Shown piece by piece: positions 8,580 to 17,540 of a DNA stretch of 23,048 nucleotides. The notes beneath the pieces are model-generated. The model worked only from the letters and a program-made list of their open reading frames with translations. It made no database searches and had not been told where the DNA came from. Position 1 is the first letter of the stretch; each line of letters starts with the position of its first letter. Origin of the DNA: a virus (Duplodnaviria > Heunggongvirae > Uroviricota > Caudoviricetes); the IMG/VR virus record IMGVR_UViG_2651869692_000002. The stretch is one strand, 5' to 3'. A program made the translations under genes and the position numbers.

Positions 8580-9413
8580 TCAGCAATTGGTCAGAGTGTC
8601 AGCGGGGGCGTTACCGCCTGTTGCACGCTGGCGGTAGTCCTGGCGGCTGTCTTCATGGCTCAGCTTGTCCACCAGTTCGTTAAAGGCGGTCTGCTGTGCC
8701 TGCAGAGCAATCTCCAGCTCAGACAGGCGTTCTTCCTGCTCAGACAGGGATTTTTCGGTGCGTGCGCTCAGGTTCTGCTGCTCAGTGGCGACCAGCTCCA
8801 CGGCCTTATGCACATCAGAGAATCGGGCGTCATCGGACTGCTCTTTTTTGGTGAACAGCGCCGTGACACGGGCAAACAGGGACGGTTTGTCATCCTGGAT
8901 TTCTTCCAGTTCGATCACCGTTTCCTCTGCAGCGGTAAAGAGATTGGCAGGATTCTGCTTGCGGTTTGCCAGCGGGTTATGGGCCGCACTGGCGCTGAAT
9001 GTCAGCATTTCAGTGCCCAGACTGGCAGGGTCATCAGTGGCAGCCAGGCCGACCAGGTAGGCTTTGCCCGTATCAGCAAACTTCGGGCTGACTTCCATAG
9101 AGGTGAATAATTTCTGGCCTTTTTTCACCAGCTCCACCAGGGATTCCGTTGGCTCAACGTCGGCATACAGCGCCATCTTGCCCGCCAGCGGACCTTCCGT
9201 GATTTCTTCAGCAAACAGCGCCGTCACCTTGCCGTAGCGGTTAAAGGTGCTGTCCGGCAGATAAGACTTGATGTGCTCAAGGTTAATCAGAGCGGTATAC
9301 ACCGCCGGGTTGTAGCTGGCTGCCATCTGTTCCAGCCATTCACGCTGGATTTCGCGTCCGTCGGTGGTGGCACCTTCCACCCCGATGCGAAAACGCTTTG
9401 CTTTCACTGTCAT
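8580..9413 (-). CDS. O: Capsid scaffolding protein (P2 gpO-like)
   Basis: 277-aa ORF; FRIGVEG...DGR, YLVGLA.TDDPASLGTE and C-terminal ATGG......TNC motifs as in gpO. Confidence 0.85.
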   Translation of the reverse strand: MTVKAKRFRIGVEGATTDGREIQREWLEQMAASYNPAVYTALINLEHIKSYLPDSTFNRYGKVTALFAEEITEGPLAGKMALYADVEPTESLVELVKKGQKLFTSMEVSPKFADTGKAYLVGLAATDDPASLGTEMLTFSASAAHNPLANRKQNPANLFTAAEETVIELEEIQDDKPSLFARVTALFTKKEQSDDARFSDVHKAVELVATEQQNLSARTEKSLSEQEERLSELEIALQAQQTAFNELVDKLSHEDSRQDYRQRATGGNAPADTLTNC

Positions 9414-9491
9414 GAGCCGTGCTCCGTTAGAAAAAACTTACTGGAGCCTTATGGTTGCGGTGATGGGGGCAGTGAAACAATGCGCGGTATT

Positions 9492-9509
9492 TGTACCGAC
9501 AACCACACA
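9492..9509. promoter_or_regulatory. Candidate late-activator dyad (TGT-N12-ACA) in the divergent O/P promoter region
   Basis: TTTGTACCGACAACCACACAAA in the 142-bp gap between the O and P start codons; which of the two divergent promoters it serves cannot be decided from sequence. Confidence 0.4.
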
Positions 9510-9555
9510 AACCGCAGGCGGGGAAAGCCTTCATTCAAGGCTGTAGGTTTGTGCC

Positions 9556-11322
9556 ATGAACACCACACTGACACCCGCAGATCTCGATCCCCGTCGGCAG
9601 GCCATGCTGCTGTACTTTCAGGGATACCGTGTAGCCCGCATTGCTGAAATGCTGGGCGAGAAAGTTGCAACCGTTCACAGCTGGAAAAAACGCGACAAGT
9701 GGGGTGACTATGGGCCGCTGGATCAGATGCAGCTCACCACCGCCGCACGCTACTGCCAGCTCATTATGAAGGAGCACAAAGAAGGGAAAGATTTCAAAGA
9801 GATTGACCTGCTGGCGCGCCAGTCGGAGCGCCATGCGCGGATCGGCAAGTTTAACAATGGCGGCAACGAAGCCGACTTAAACCCTAACGTCGCCAACCGC
9901 AACAAAGGCCCGCGCCGTCAGCCGGAAAAGAACGTTTTCACCGATGAACAGATTGAGAAGCTGGAAGAAATCTTCCATTCCTCCATGTTCAACTACCAGC
10001 GCCACTGGTGGGAAGCCGGAAAAACCAACCGCATCCGCAACCTGCTGAAGTCACGCCAGATCGGCGCGACCTTCTATTTTGCCCGTGAAGCCCTGATTGA
10101 CGCCCTGCTAACCAGGCGTAACCAGATTTTCCTTTCCGCCAGCAAGGCTCAGGCCCACGTCTTCAAGCAGTACATCATCGACTTCGCCAAAGAAGTGGAG
10201 GTGGAGCTGAAAGGCGATCCGATGGTGCTTCCTAACGGGGCCACGCTGTACTTCCTCGGCACCAATGCCCGCACGGCCCAGAGTTACCACGGCAACCTGT
10301 ATCTGGATGAATATTTCTGGATACCGAAATTCCAGGAGCTGCGCAAAGTGGCTTCCGGTATGGCTATTCACAAAAAATGGCGACAAACCTATTTTTCCAC
10401 GCCATCCAGCCTGACACACAGTGCTTATCCGTTCTGGTCCGGTGCGCTGTTCAACCGAGGGCGCAACAAAGCCGATAAGGTGGACATCGACCTGTCCCAC
10501 AGCAATCTGGCCCCCGGCCTGCTGTGCGCAGACGGGCAGTACCGCCAGATAGTCACTGTGGAAGATGCGGTGCGCGGCGGCTGTAACCTGTTCGACCTCG
10601 ACCAGTTGCGCATGGAGTACAGCCCGGACGAATACCAGAACCTGCTGATGTGTGAGTTCGTGGACGATCTCGCGTCCGTGTTCCCGCTCAGCGAGCTGCA
10701 GGCGTGCATGGTGGACAGCTGGGAAGTCTGGACCGACTTTCATGCACTGGCGCTGCGCCCGTTTGGCTGGCGCGAAGTGTGGATCGGTTATGACCCGGCA
10801 AAAGGTACGCAAAACGGCGACAGCGCCGGATGCGTGGTGGTGGCTCCGCCAGCCGTGCCGGGCGGCAAGTTCCGCATTCTTGAGCGTCACCAGTGGCGCG
10901 GAATGGACTTTCGCGCCCAGGCTGACGCCATCAAAAAACTGACCGAACAGTATAACGTGACCTATATCGGCATCGACTCGACCGGCGTCGGTCACGGGGT
11001 TTACGAGAACGTGAAAGCGTTTTTTCCTGCCGTCCGGGAGTTTGTCTACAACCCCAACGTTAAAAACGCCCTGGTACTCAAGGCCTACGACATTATCAGC
11101 CACCGCCGCCTGGAGTTTGACGCCGGGCACACCGACATTGCGCAGTCATTTATGGCAATCCGTCGCGCTACCACTGCCAGTGGCAACCGCCCGACCTATG
11201 AAGCCAGCCGCAGCGAAGAAGCCAGCCATGCCGATCTGGCCTGGGCAACAATGCACGCACTGTTTAACGAACCGCTGCAGGGCGAGTCCGCCAATACCAG
11301 CAATATTGTGGAGATTTTTTGA
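9556..11322 (+). CDS. P: Terminase large/ATPase subunit (P2 gpP-like)
   Basis: 588-aa ORF, ATG at 9556, full-length resemblance to P2-family terminase large subunits; stop overlaps the Q start (TGATG). Confidence 0.9.
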   Translation: MNTTLTPADLDPRRQAMLLYFQGYRVARIAEMLGEKVATVHSWKKRDKWGDYGPLDQMQLTTAARYCQLIMKEHKEGKDFKEIDLLARQSERHARIGKFNNGGNEADLNPNVANRNKGPRRQPEKNVFTDEQIEKLEEIFHSSMFNYQRHWWEAGKTNRIRNLLKSRQIGATFYFAREALIDALLTRRNQIFLSASKAQAHVFKQYIIDFAKEVEVELKGDPMVLPNGATLYFLGTNARTAQSYHGNLYLDEYFWIPKFQELRKVASGMAIHKKWRQTYFSTPSSLTHSAYPFWSGALFNRGRNKADKVDIDLSHSNLAPGLLCADGQYRQIVTVEDAVRGGCNLFDLDQLRMEYSPDEYQNLLMCEFVDDLASVFPLSELQACMVDSWEVWTDFHALALRPFGWREVWIGYDPAKGTQNGDSAGCVVVAPPAVPGGKFRILERHQWRGMDFRAQADAIKKLTEQYNVTYIGIDSTGVGHGVYENVKAFFPAVREFVYNPNVKNALVLKAYDIISHRRLEFDAGHTDIAQSFMAIRRATTASGNRPTYEASRSEEASHADLAWATMHALFNEPLQGESANTSNIVEIF

Positions 11323-12356
11323 TGGGAAAGAGTAAGAAGAACCGCGCTGCGTCGACGAAACAGATCCAGCATAAAAGCCAGACTTCAGCCGAAGCATTCA
11401 GCTTCGGTGATCCCGTTCCTGTTCTGGACCGCCGCGAACTGCTGGACTATGTGGAATGCGTACAGATGGATCGCTGGTATGAGCCACCAGTGAGTTTCGA
11501 CGGACTGGCGCGAACCTTCCGCGCCGCCATACATCATAGCTCACCGATTGCAGTGAAGTGCAACATTCTGACCAGCACCTACATCCCTCACCCGCTGCTC
11601 AGCCAGCAGGCTTTTTCGCGTTTTGTACAGGACTTTCTGGTTTTTGGTAACGCCTACCTGGAGAAACGCACGAACCGCTTCGGTGAAGTTATAGCCCTTG
11701 AGCCTGCTCTGGCAAAATACACCCGACGCGGGTTAGACCTGGATACCTACTGGTTTGTGCAATACGGTATGACAACCCAGCCGTATCAGTTCACGAAAGG
11801 CAGCATTTTTCATCTGATGGAGCCGGACATCAACCAGGAGATCTACGGCCTGCCCGGTTATCTTTCTGCCATTCCGTCAGCCCTGCTCAACGAGTCCGCC
11901 ACGCTGTTCCGCCGGAAGTATTACATTAACGGCAGCCATGCGGGCTTCATCATGTACATGACCGACGCCGCGCAGAACCAGGAGGATGTGAACAACCTCC
12001 GCAACGCAATGAAAAGTGCCAAAGGTCCTGGTAACTTCCGTAACCTGTTTATGTACTCGCCTAACGGCAAAAAGGACGGGCTTCAGATTATCCCGTTGTC
12101 AGAAGTGGCGGCGAAGGATGAGTTCCTGAATATCAAGAACGTGAGCCGGGACGACATGATGGCGGCGCATCGTGTGCCGCCGCAAATGATGGGTATCATT
12201 CCCAACAATACCGGCGGTTTTGGGGATGTGGAAAAGGCCAGTCGCGTCTTCACAAGAAACGAAATAGTACCGTTACAAAAGCGATTGCTGGAGCTAAATG
12301 AATGGCTTGGTGAAGAGGTAGTCCGATTCAATCCATATGAGCTTAATACTGACTAG
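11322..12356 (+). CDS. Q: Portal (capsid portal vertex) protein (P2 gpQ-like)
   Basis: Track ORF starts at a TTG at 11319; the ATG at 11322 gives 344 aa, the length I recall for gpQ; the last ~80 nt are visibly AT-richer than the rest. Confidence 0.9.
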   Translation: MGKSKKNRAASTKQIQHKSQTSAEAFSFGDPVPVLDRRELLDYVECVQMDRWYEPPVSFDGLARTFRAAIHHSSPIAVKCNILTSTYIPHPLLSQQAFSRFVQDFLVFGNAYLEKRTNRFGEVIALEPALAKYTRRGLDLDTYWFVQYGMTTQPYQFTKGSIFHLMEPDINQEIYGLPGYLSAIPSALLNESATLFRRKYYINGSHAGFIMYMTDAAQNQEDVNNLRNAMKSAKGPGNFRNLFMYSPNGKKDGLQIIPLSEVAAKDEFLNIKNVSRDDMMAAHRVPPQMMGIIPNNTGGFGDVEKASRVFTRNEIVPLQKRLLELNEWLGEEVVRFNPYELNTD

Positions 12357-12363
12357 CAAGCAT

Positions 12364-12388
12364 AAAAAAGCCCGGTATTACCGGGCTT
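12364..12388 (-). terminator. Rho-independent terminator (hairpin plus T-tract on the minus strand), possibly bidirectional
   Basis: AAAAA-AGCCCGG-TATTA-CCGGGCT: GC stem followed by a T-run when read on the minus strand; sits between the Q stop and the 3' end of the minus-strand small ORF. Confidence 0.55.
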
Positions 12389-12411
12389 CATGCAAAACGC
12401 ATTTCATGGAA

Positions 12412-12591
12412 TTAAGCAGCTTTCTGCTTTTCTTTGAGCTTACCATGCAGCTCATTTCCTTCAAATTTGCAGTCCTGCATCATATGTGGGGCCGCTTGAA
12501 GTAGTTCTTCCATCGCGACGCCCATACGGCTGAAAACATCAGATACTGAGTAATGCTTCTGAGCTTTCTTGTCACTATGCGTCATAGTCAT
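12412..12591 (-). CDS. Small hypothetical protein (59 aa), second gene of a two-gene minus-strand module
   Basis: Not in the ORF track (under 60 aa); ATG at 12591 preceded by AGAGGA at good spacing; reads MTMTHSDKKAQKHYSVSDVFSRMGVAMEELLQAAPHMMQDCKFEGNELHGKLKEKQKAA; followed by the terminator at 12364-12388. Confidence 0.4.
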   Translation of the reverse strand: MTMTHSDKKAQKHYSVSDVFSRMGVAMEELLQAAPHMMQDCKFEGNELHGKLKEKQKAA

Positions 12592-12670
12592 GATTTCCTC
12601 TTAGAGGTCAAGCCTCATCATCCGGTGGTGGATGTTTGGCGCAGCATTGTAGCACTGCGCAAAAATTTAT

Positions 12671-13270
12671 CTACTGTTTCTTAGAAGTAATGTAGCGTCT
12701 TACTACATCAGTTATTGTAGCAAAAGGTGCCGAAAGCAAGCTTATATCACCTTTAAAACCAAATTTTTTATAGTGGTCAGCAACTTTTTGATTCAGGGCT
12801 TCAGGGATCCGAATCTCTTGACACCCAACCGCGCTACCAAAAAGATATACCGCCCACAATGTAACCATGAACATGTTGCCGTAAAGAGGGTGCTCTACGT
12901 CATCATCTTTCACAAAAGATTCCACAAAATGGATCTCTATGACTCCAGCGTCCTCGTCAAAGGTGCACATAGCTGCGCCAGAAGGGATATGCCTAAGTGG
13001 CCCCGCAAGGAGCTTCAAACAAAATTCAAACTTATCACTTCGATTGCCAAACCGAGAAAAACCATAATCCCATTCTAGCTGAGCGTATCCTGTGGTCAGG
13101 ATCACATAGTCTTCATCACTGATTGGACCAACAGCCAACGGCATCTTCAAAGTATCGAGGAGAAACTGAAGGTTACTTATACTTTGACTGGCAATCTGCT
13201 CTAAGTTCAATTCTCTGTCCTTCATGCTTACGACATTAAAGGCGACTACTTTAATGTCATTTTCGGACAA
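12671..13270 (-). CDS. Hypothetical protein (199 aa), AT-rich accessory gene between the portal gene and the putative cos
   Basis: 600-nt ORF in an AT-rich region; start uncertain (TTG at 13270 or ATG at 13225, neither with a strong RBS); no family recognised. Confidence 0.5.
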   Translation of the reverse strand: MSENDIKVVAFNVVSMKDRELNLEQIASQSISNLQFLLDTLKMPLAVGPISDEDYVILTTGYAQLEWDYGFSRFGNRSDKFEFCLKLLAGPLRHIPSGAAMCTFDEDAGVIEIHFVESFVKDDDVEHPLYGNMFMVTLWAVYLFGSAVGCQEIRIPEALNQKVADHYKKFGFKGDISLLSAPFATITDVVRRYITSKKQ

Positions 13271-13496
13271 AGACTATAAATCTTTAATGAAACAATAGCA
13301 GAACCTTTTAAAGGTTTGCTACCTATCACTGCAACTTGTGACAGAACACTAAATCTACAGCCAACTCCGGAACACATTCAACATTTATTTAAATCCCTTC
13401 AAACAAGATTGCACAAAAACGCGCCCTCCCTTTCAGAAGAAAACCATCAGCGGGCCTGAGGCTAAGTGAATTTTACTATTTCAACCCGCGGCGCGC

Positions 13497-13515
13497 GCTC
13501 GTATCCCCGCCACGC
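13497..13515 (-). other. Putative cos site (cohesive-end region) of the P2/186 family
   Basis: Minus strand reads GGCGTGGCGGGGATACGAG; the first 13 nt match my recollection of the P2/186 cohesive-end consensus (GGCG(A/T)GGCGGGGAAAGCA.), in the orientation expected for the Q-proximal genome end; GC-rich island inside AT-rich DNA. Confidence 0.4.
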
Positions 13516-13560
13516 CTGCCCGCTTTGTGTAGTGGTTTTCATGCACCTGCATGACATAAG

Positions 13561-13584
13561 CAAAAGCCCGCCAGCTCTGGCGGG
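13561..13584 (-). terminator. Rho-independent terminator downstream of the HNH gene
   Basis: 9-bp GC stem GCCCGCCAG / CTGGCGGGC followed on the minus strand by TTTTGCTT. Confidence 0.55.
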
Positions 13585-13698
13585 CATCAGCAAAAACGAT
13601 CCTCAAACGATCATGCGATTTCATGCGGCATAGACATGCGTTGGCAAAAATGCACGAAATACTCAGCTTATAGGAAATGGTCTTTTTCCAACCTCCAG

Positions 13699-14418
13699 TT
13701 AGCCAAAGCAGAAACCAATATTGCAATTTGAAACTCCACAGTTGTGAAATTGATGTGGACCTACTCTTAGCTTGTGTTCGTCTCCTACAATCCGAGTCCC
13801 CTTAACCAACATATCTAATCTTTCCACAATCAATCTTTCAGGCGCATCAACTTTAATAATTAAACGAGGACCTTTCCTTTTTTCTATAATAGTTATTCTA
13901 GGACCGACAACCTGAACATCCCAATGCCTTGCACTACAAACCCACTCATTCTTAATTAATTCAAGATTAACAATACCTTGACTATCGTAAAATTTACCCG
14001 AAATAAGAAAAGCATTATTTTCTTTTTCAATGGTTAACAATGGCTCATTTTGAAACATTATTGGTACAGTACAGGATTCAAACGTCGCACCACCAAATAT
14101 TATTGTTGGATGCCTATCAGAAAAGTCCAATATATCGGCCACATTCCCTTTTTGTAAGGCTGCAGGAGATTCCATTGCTTTAATTATTTTCTCTTTAGAG
14201 TAAAGACGTTTCGTTACTTTCGCATGGCACGTAGGACAAAGTAGTGCTATTGCATTTGGAGAGTGCTCCTTTGCATCAGCGTATGTGGGAATTACATGCT
14301 CATACTCAACAATGGGAGAAGCACAAACAACGCAACCGAAGCCACAGCGCTGCCTTACCTCCAGTTTTACAGGTTCAGGAATTGTTCTAGATAACCCATG
14401 CTTGTTAATAGTTGTCAT
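13699..14418 (-). CDS. HNH-family endonuclease domain protein with uncharacterised ~160-aa C-terminal domain
   Basis: 239-aa ORF, ATG at 14418; N-terminal CGFGCVVC...EYEHVIP...NAIALLCPTCH matches the HNH fold (paired Cys plus H-N-H residues); AT-rich composition; own terminator. Confidence 0.7.
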   Translation of the reverse strand: MTTINKHGLSRTIPEPVKLEVRQRCGFGCVVCASPIVEYEHVIPTYADAKEHSPNAIALLCPTCHAKVTKRLYSKEKIIKAMESPAALQKGNVADILDFSDRHPTIIFGGATFESCTVPIMFQNEPLLTIEKENNAFLISGKFYDSQGIVNLELIKNEWVCSARHWDVQVVGPRITIIEKRKGPRLIIKVDAPERLIVERLDMLVKGTRIVGDEHKLRVGPHQFHNCGVSNCNIGFCFG

Positions 14419-14540
14419 AACCTTACCTTAAAACTTCGAGAAACCTTTTATATATTGATACTATATCAACTAACGCCTCGCACAGCTCGTTGTTCAACCT
14501 TGCTGACGCCAGAAGCAAGTTCAGACGCCAGCAACGTTTC

Positions 14541-14774
14541 TTAATGCAGCCAGCTGTCGTCTTCCCACACCTTCTGCATAATTTTCATCACTTGTTTTCT
14601 TTCTTCGTCCAGTTGAAGTCCGGTCAGTTCCACACCGTTAGAGCTACCTTTGCGGATACGAATTACCGTTTTGGGATACAGGGGGCGCAGATTGCGGTAA
14701 AGCTCGGATTCAAGGGCGTCCAGGGTAGACTGGCTAATCTTCTGCTCTTTATCGATCATTATTTCAATGCGCAT
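14541..14774 (-). CDS. dinI: DinI-family protein
   Basis: ATG at 14774 with GAGGTGA RBS; MRIEIMIDK...L.ELYRNLRPLYPKTVIRIRKGSSNGVELTGL...KQVMKIMQKVWEDDSWL resembles DinI (MRIEVTI..., C-terminal ...WE..D.W); the track ORF's longer N-terminus is a frame artefact. Confidence 0.75.
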   Translation of the reverse strand: MRIEIMIDKEQKISQSTLDALESELYRNLRPLYPKTVIRIRKGSSNGVELTGLQLDEERKQVMKIMQKVWEDDSWLH

Positions 14775-14784
14775 AAAAGTCACC

Positions 14785-14973
14785 TCAACTGATGACATCC
14801 ATTGAGCGGTTGTATTCGTGGGTTCTGATTTTTGCCATGAGTTCATCTGTCAGTTCAGAAACCCACTGCAGGGCCAGCCCCTTCTCTTCATCACTACACT
14901 CACTAGCCGCTACAAGCTTAAGAAAAAAATCAATGCGCTGGAGCTTCAAAGACTCCAAAAAATAGTCCTGCAT
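14785..14973 (-). CDS. Small SOS-controlled protein (62 aa), first gene downstream of a LexA box; possible Tum-like antirepressor component
   Basis: ATG at 14973 with AGGAGG RBS, 41 nt downstream of a consensus LexA box; stop overlaps the RBS of the DinI-like gene; functional assignment is by position only. Confidence 0.5.
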   Translation of the reverse strand: MQDYFLESLKLQRIDFFLKLVAASECSDEEKGLALQWVSELTDELMAKIRTHEYNRSMDVIS

Positions 14974-15014
14974 CTTTCCTCCTATGACACCACAAGAAAT
15001 ACTGTAAATATAAC

Positions 15015-15034
15015 CACTGTTTATATTTACAGTA
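15015..15034 (-). promoter_or_regulatory. LexA operator (SOS box) at the promoter of the small-ORF / dinI module
   Basis: Minus strand TACTGTAAATATAAACAGTG fits CTGT-N8-ACAG with AT-rich spacer; an adjacent half-site (CTGT at 15002-15005) is also present. Confidence 0.7.
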
Positions 15035-15125
15035 TATAATAATCTTACTGATGTAAAACGTTTTTTACGTTCATCAGCCTGATATGCCTGGTATTATTAA
15101 GAGCACGAATTGTTAACCCGCGTGA

Positions 15126-17540
15126 TTAATACAGGTTCCGCCACTTATCATCTTCCTGCAAACGCTGGTTCCGATAGAAGATACGCAGGCCTGCTCCTGA
15201 CGGAATACTGCCGCCGCGAAGGAGTAAATCGACCTCTTTCTCGCTGCCATCAAATCCTCTGGACTTCAGTTCATAGACGAGCTGCTGTCGCTGATGGTCT
15301 GTAATTCGCTGTTTGTAGTCTTTACGCCGTTTCGGTTTCACCAGGCGTAACCTTGCTGCCAGTTCCCGGCGCTCTTTTTTGCTCATACTGTGCAGGTAAT
15401 CGTGCAACTCCTTGTCATCCATGCGGGTAATGTCCGTTCTGGTATCCCCATCAGCTGATTTGTCTTTCCCTTGTTGGTTCAAATTTTCAGCAAGGGGACA
15501 GTTATTGCCACGAGTCCAAGGGGCGCAAGCGCCCTGGTCGGCTGCCGCCTCCTGAACGTCAACGGCCTTACGAACCATTTTCCACTTCACGGCATGAGTG
15601 CAGATCTTGCCCTCTGCAATAGGTGACCAGATGCCATAAATACGAATGCCGTGATCGCCATAGGCGGTCGGCTCTTCGTTGATTTCATAAGCAGTTCTGA
15701 TGAGGTGATATTTACGGGGAACCAGTACGCCGCCCTGCTTCATGATGTAGGTGGCAAAACAACCAGCATCAGCAGCAGCCAGGATTGCATCAAGCCGCGG
15801 GTTATCCAGTACCGGCGCACCTGCTTTTTTGTCACCCTGTTGCCTTGCCGCCTGACCAGCCAGCAATCGCAGTTCACGGTAAGCCTGACGCCCCGGAATG
15901 CCAAAGAAGCGGAATTGCTGAACACGATGCAGAGACGCCCAGGCATTCACGTATTCAGCGTTATCACGCAGGGATTTACCCGTTTCCTTGCTGATCTCGC
16001 CAGCCAGACCACGCCCGTCAATGTTCTTACTGATATATTTCGCGATGTAGCTTGTCGGCGTTCCTTTGCGCGGGTTAATCAACTCAGACTTAAAGCGTGG
16101 TCCCGTGTTATTCCCCAGCTCCTCGCGGTCTTCACGAATGGCAAACTTACGCAACAAAGCAGTAATGGCGCGGCGATCTTTTTTGCGCATAAAACACAAC
16201 AGGTGCCAGTGAACTGTACCGTCATGATGCGGCTCAGCCACCCGCACGCCATACCAGCGCAATCCGGCTTTGTGCATCGCCTTACGAAATGCAGCAAACA
16301 TGCCAACCAGATAATCACTGCTTTGTCTTACCGTCGCATTTGTCCAGGTCGGGTTGGGCCTGCCGTTATTTAGCGTGGAATGGAAACGTGACGGACAGGT
16401 GATGGTGTAGAAAACGGCGCAGTCACCGCGCATTTCCGCGATAAGCTCCAGGCCTTTAACACAGGCCATCATCTCATTGCGGCGATGCGCAGGGTTGCTG
16501 CTGCTGGCGTTTACCACATCCTCCATGTCCAGCGTGTCGCCGTCTTCGTTCACCAGTTCATGAGAACGGAAAAACTCCAGCGACTTACGGCGCTGCTCAC
16601 GTTTATGCATCACGGCTTCATAGCTGACATAGGGAGATGCTTTTTTGCTGACCAGACAGACAGCACGCAACTGCTCTTCCCGCCATTCGCAACGCATCTT
16701 CCATAATTTCCGATACCACCAGTCGGCGCACAGCATACGCGCCAGCGAACCCGGAATGAGTTCATAGGGCACAGGTTTGCGGCGGTTTCTTTTTCGGCGG
16801 AGTTGCTCAAACGCAGGCGGTATGACATCCAGTCGCAGGGTTTCTGCTGCCACCTTTTCCCATGTCTTGCGGATTTCTTCCGGCTTAACATCATCGGAGG
16901 CGTACAAATCACCACAAGCGGCATCAAGACACATGCTCATATGCGCAGCGACAAGGGTGGACAGGCGTTTCACCTGATCCTGACTCATTTCAGGCAGGAT
17001 CAGCAGACCGTCCAGCCCTTCATGGCTTGCCATAAAACGAAAAGATGCAGATAGCTGGCTGTCGCGTACATGCTCCAGTCGTTCCAGGCATGGCTTAATC
17101 GTCTCACGCAAATAGCGGGAATAAGCCTTTGGCCTGCCCAGGTTGCTGAAGTATTTAATACGTTGCATCAGCGGCTTGCTGATATGGGAAGGCTGGGCGT
17201 TGACATCCGCCAGAATGACCATGTCTGGATTAAAACGCTGCTGCTCATGCGCCAGCTTTGCCCGGCTAATTAGCTTATCCTGCTCCATTTCGCGCTGGAC
17301 AGGATCACGGGATTCATTAAAGAAATAACGCTCCCAGACCTGATCACTCAGTGCCTCGCGGCGCAGTTGTTCCTGCTCGTTATCGGCAGCGTACAGAGTG
17401 ATCAGGTTTGAAAGTGCAGAAACCGGCGCAACTTCCGCCGGGTCCAGATAAGGGTTAATGGCCTTTTTCGGGCTGTTCCATGAGAATGCTGCGGCAGCCT
17501 CGTTAAAGCCGCAGCAGTTGTTCATATCGGCATGACTCAT
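15126..17540 (-). CDS. A: Rolling-circle replication initiation protein (P2 gpA-like)
   Basis: 804-aa ORF with HWHLL metal-binding motif and YIAKYISK tyrosine motif typical of gpA/phiX174-type Rep proteins; canonical position after the early operon. Confidence 0.85.
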   Translation of the reverse strand: MSHADMNNCCGFNEAAAAFSWNSPKKAINPYLDPAEVAPVSALSNLITLYAADNEQEQLRREALSDQVWERYFFNESRDPVQREMEQDKLISRAKLAHEQQRFNPDMVILADVNAQPSHISKPLMQRIKYFSNLGRPKAYSRYLRETIKPCLERLEHVRDSQLSASFRFMASHEGLDGLLILPEMSQDQVKRLSTLVAAHMSMCLDAACGDLYASDDVKPEEIRKTWEKVAAETLRLDVIPPAFEQLRRKRNRRKPVPYELIPGSLARMLCADWWYRKLWKMRCEWREEQLRAVCLVSKKASPYVSYEAVMHKREQRRKSLEFFRSHELVNEDGDTLDMEDVVNASSSNPAHRRNEMMACVKGLELIAEMRGDCAVFYTITCPSRFHSTLNNGRPNPTWTNATVRQSSDYLVGMFAAFRKAMHKAGLRWYGVRVAEPHHDGTVHWHLLCFMRKKDRRAITALLRKFAIREDREELGNNTGPRFKSELINPRKGTPTSYIAKYISKNIDGRGLAGEISKETGKSLRDNAEYVNAWASLHRVQQFRFFGIPGRQAYRELRLLAGQAARQQGDKKAGAPVLDNPRLDAILAAADAGCFATYIMKQGGVLVPRKYHLIRTAYEINEEPTAYGDHGIRIYGIWSPIAEGKICTHAVKWKMVRKAVDVQEAAADQGACAPWTRGNNCPLAENLNQQGKDKSADGDTRTDITRMDDKELHDYLHSMSKKERRELAARLRLVKPKRRKDYKQRITDHQRQQLVYELKSRGFDGSEKEVDLLLRGGSIPSGAGLRIFYRNQRLQEDDKWRNLY

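Noticed and set aside
9517-9529. GGCGGGGAAAGCC in the O/P intergenic region as the cos site
   Set aside because: It matches part of my recalled cos consensus, but in P2-family genomes cos lies beyond the portal gene, not between P and O; the 13497-13515 candidate is positionally and orientationally consistent. This rests on memory and the choice could be wrong
10108-11130. 340-aa minus-strand ORF antisense to the terminase ATPase gene, and similar long antisense ORFs (for example 15651..16373 + inside A, 1107..1694 + inside I)
   Set aside because: The opposite-strand frame encodes a recognisable conserved phage protein in each case; no RBS or family resemblance supports the antisense frames
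14460-14540. Possible terminator between the DinI-like gene and the HNH gene
   Set aside because: Only a weak inverted repeat (CTTGC...GCAAG with long loop) and no T-tract; insufficient to call a terminator, so whether HNH is co-transcribed with the SOS module is left open
14541-14973. Single frameshifted Tum-like gene spanning the 62-aa ORF and the DinI-like ORF
   Set aside because: The DinI-like ORF has its own well-spaced GAGGTGA RBS and ATG (14774) just after the upstream stop, so two independently translated genes is the simpler reading
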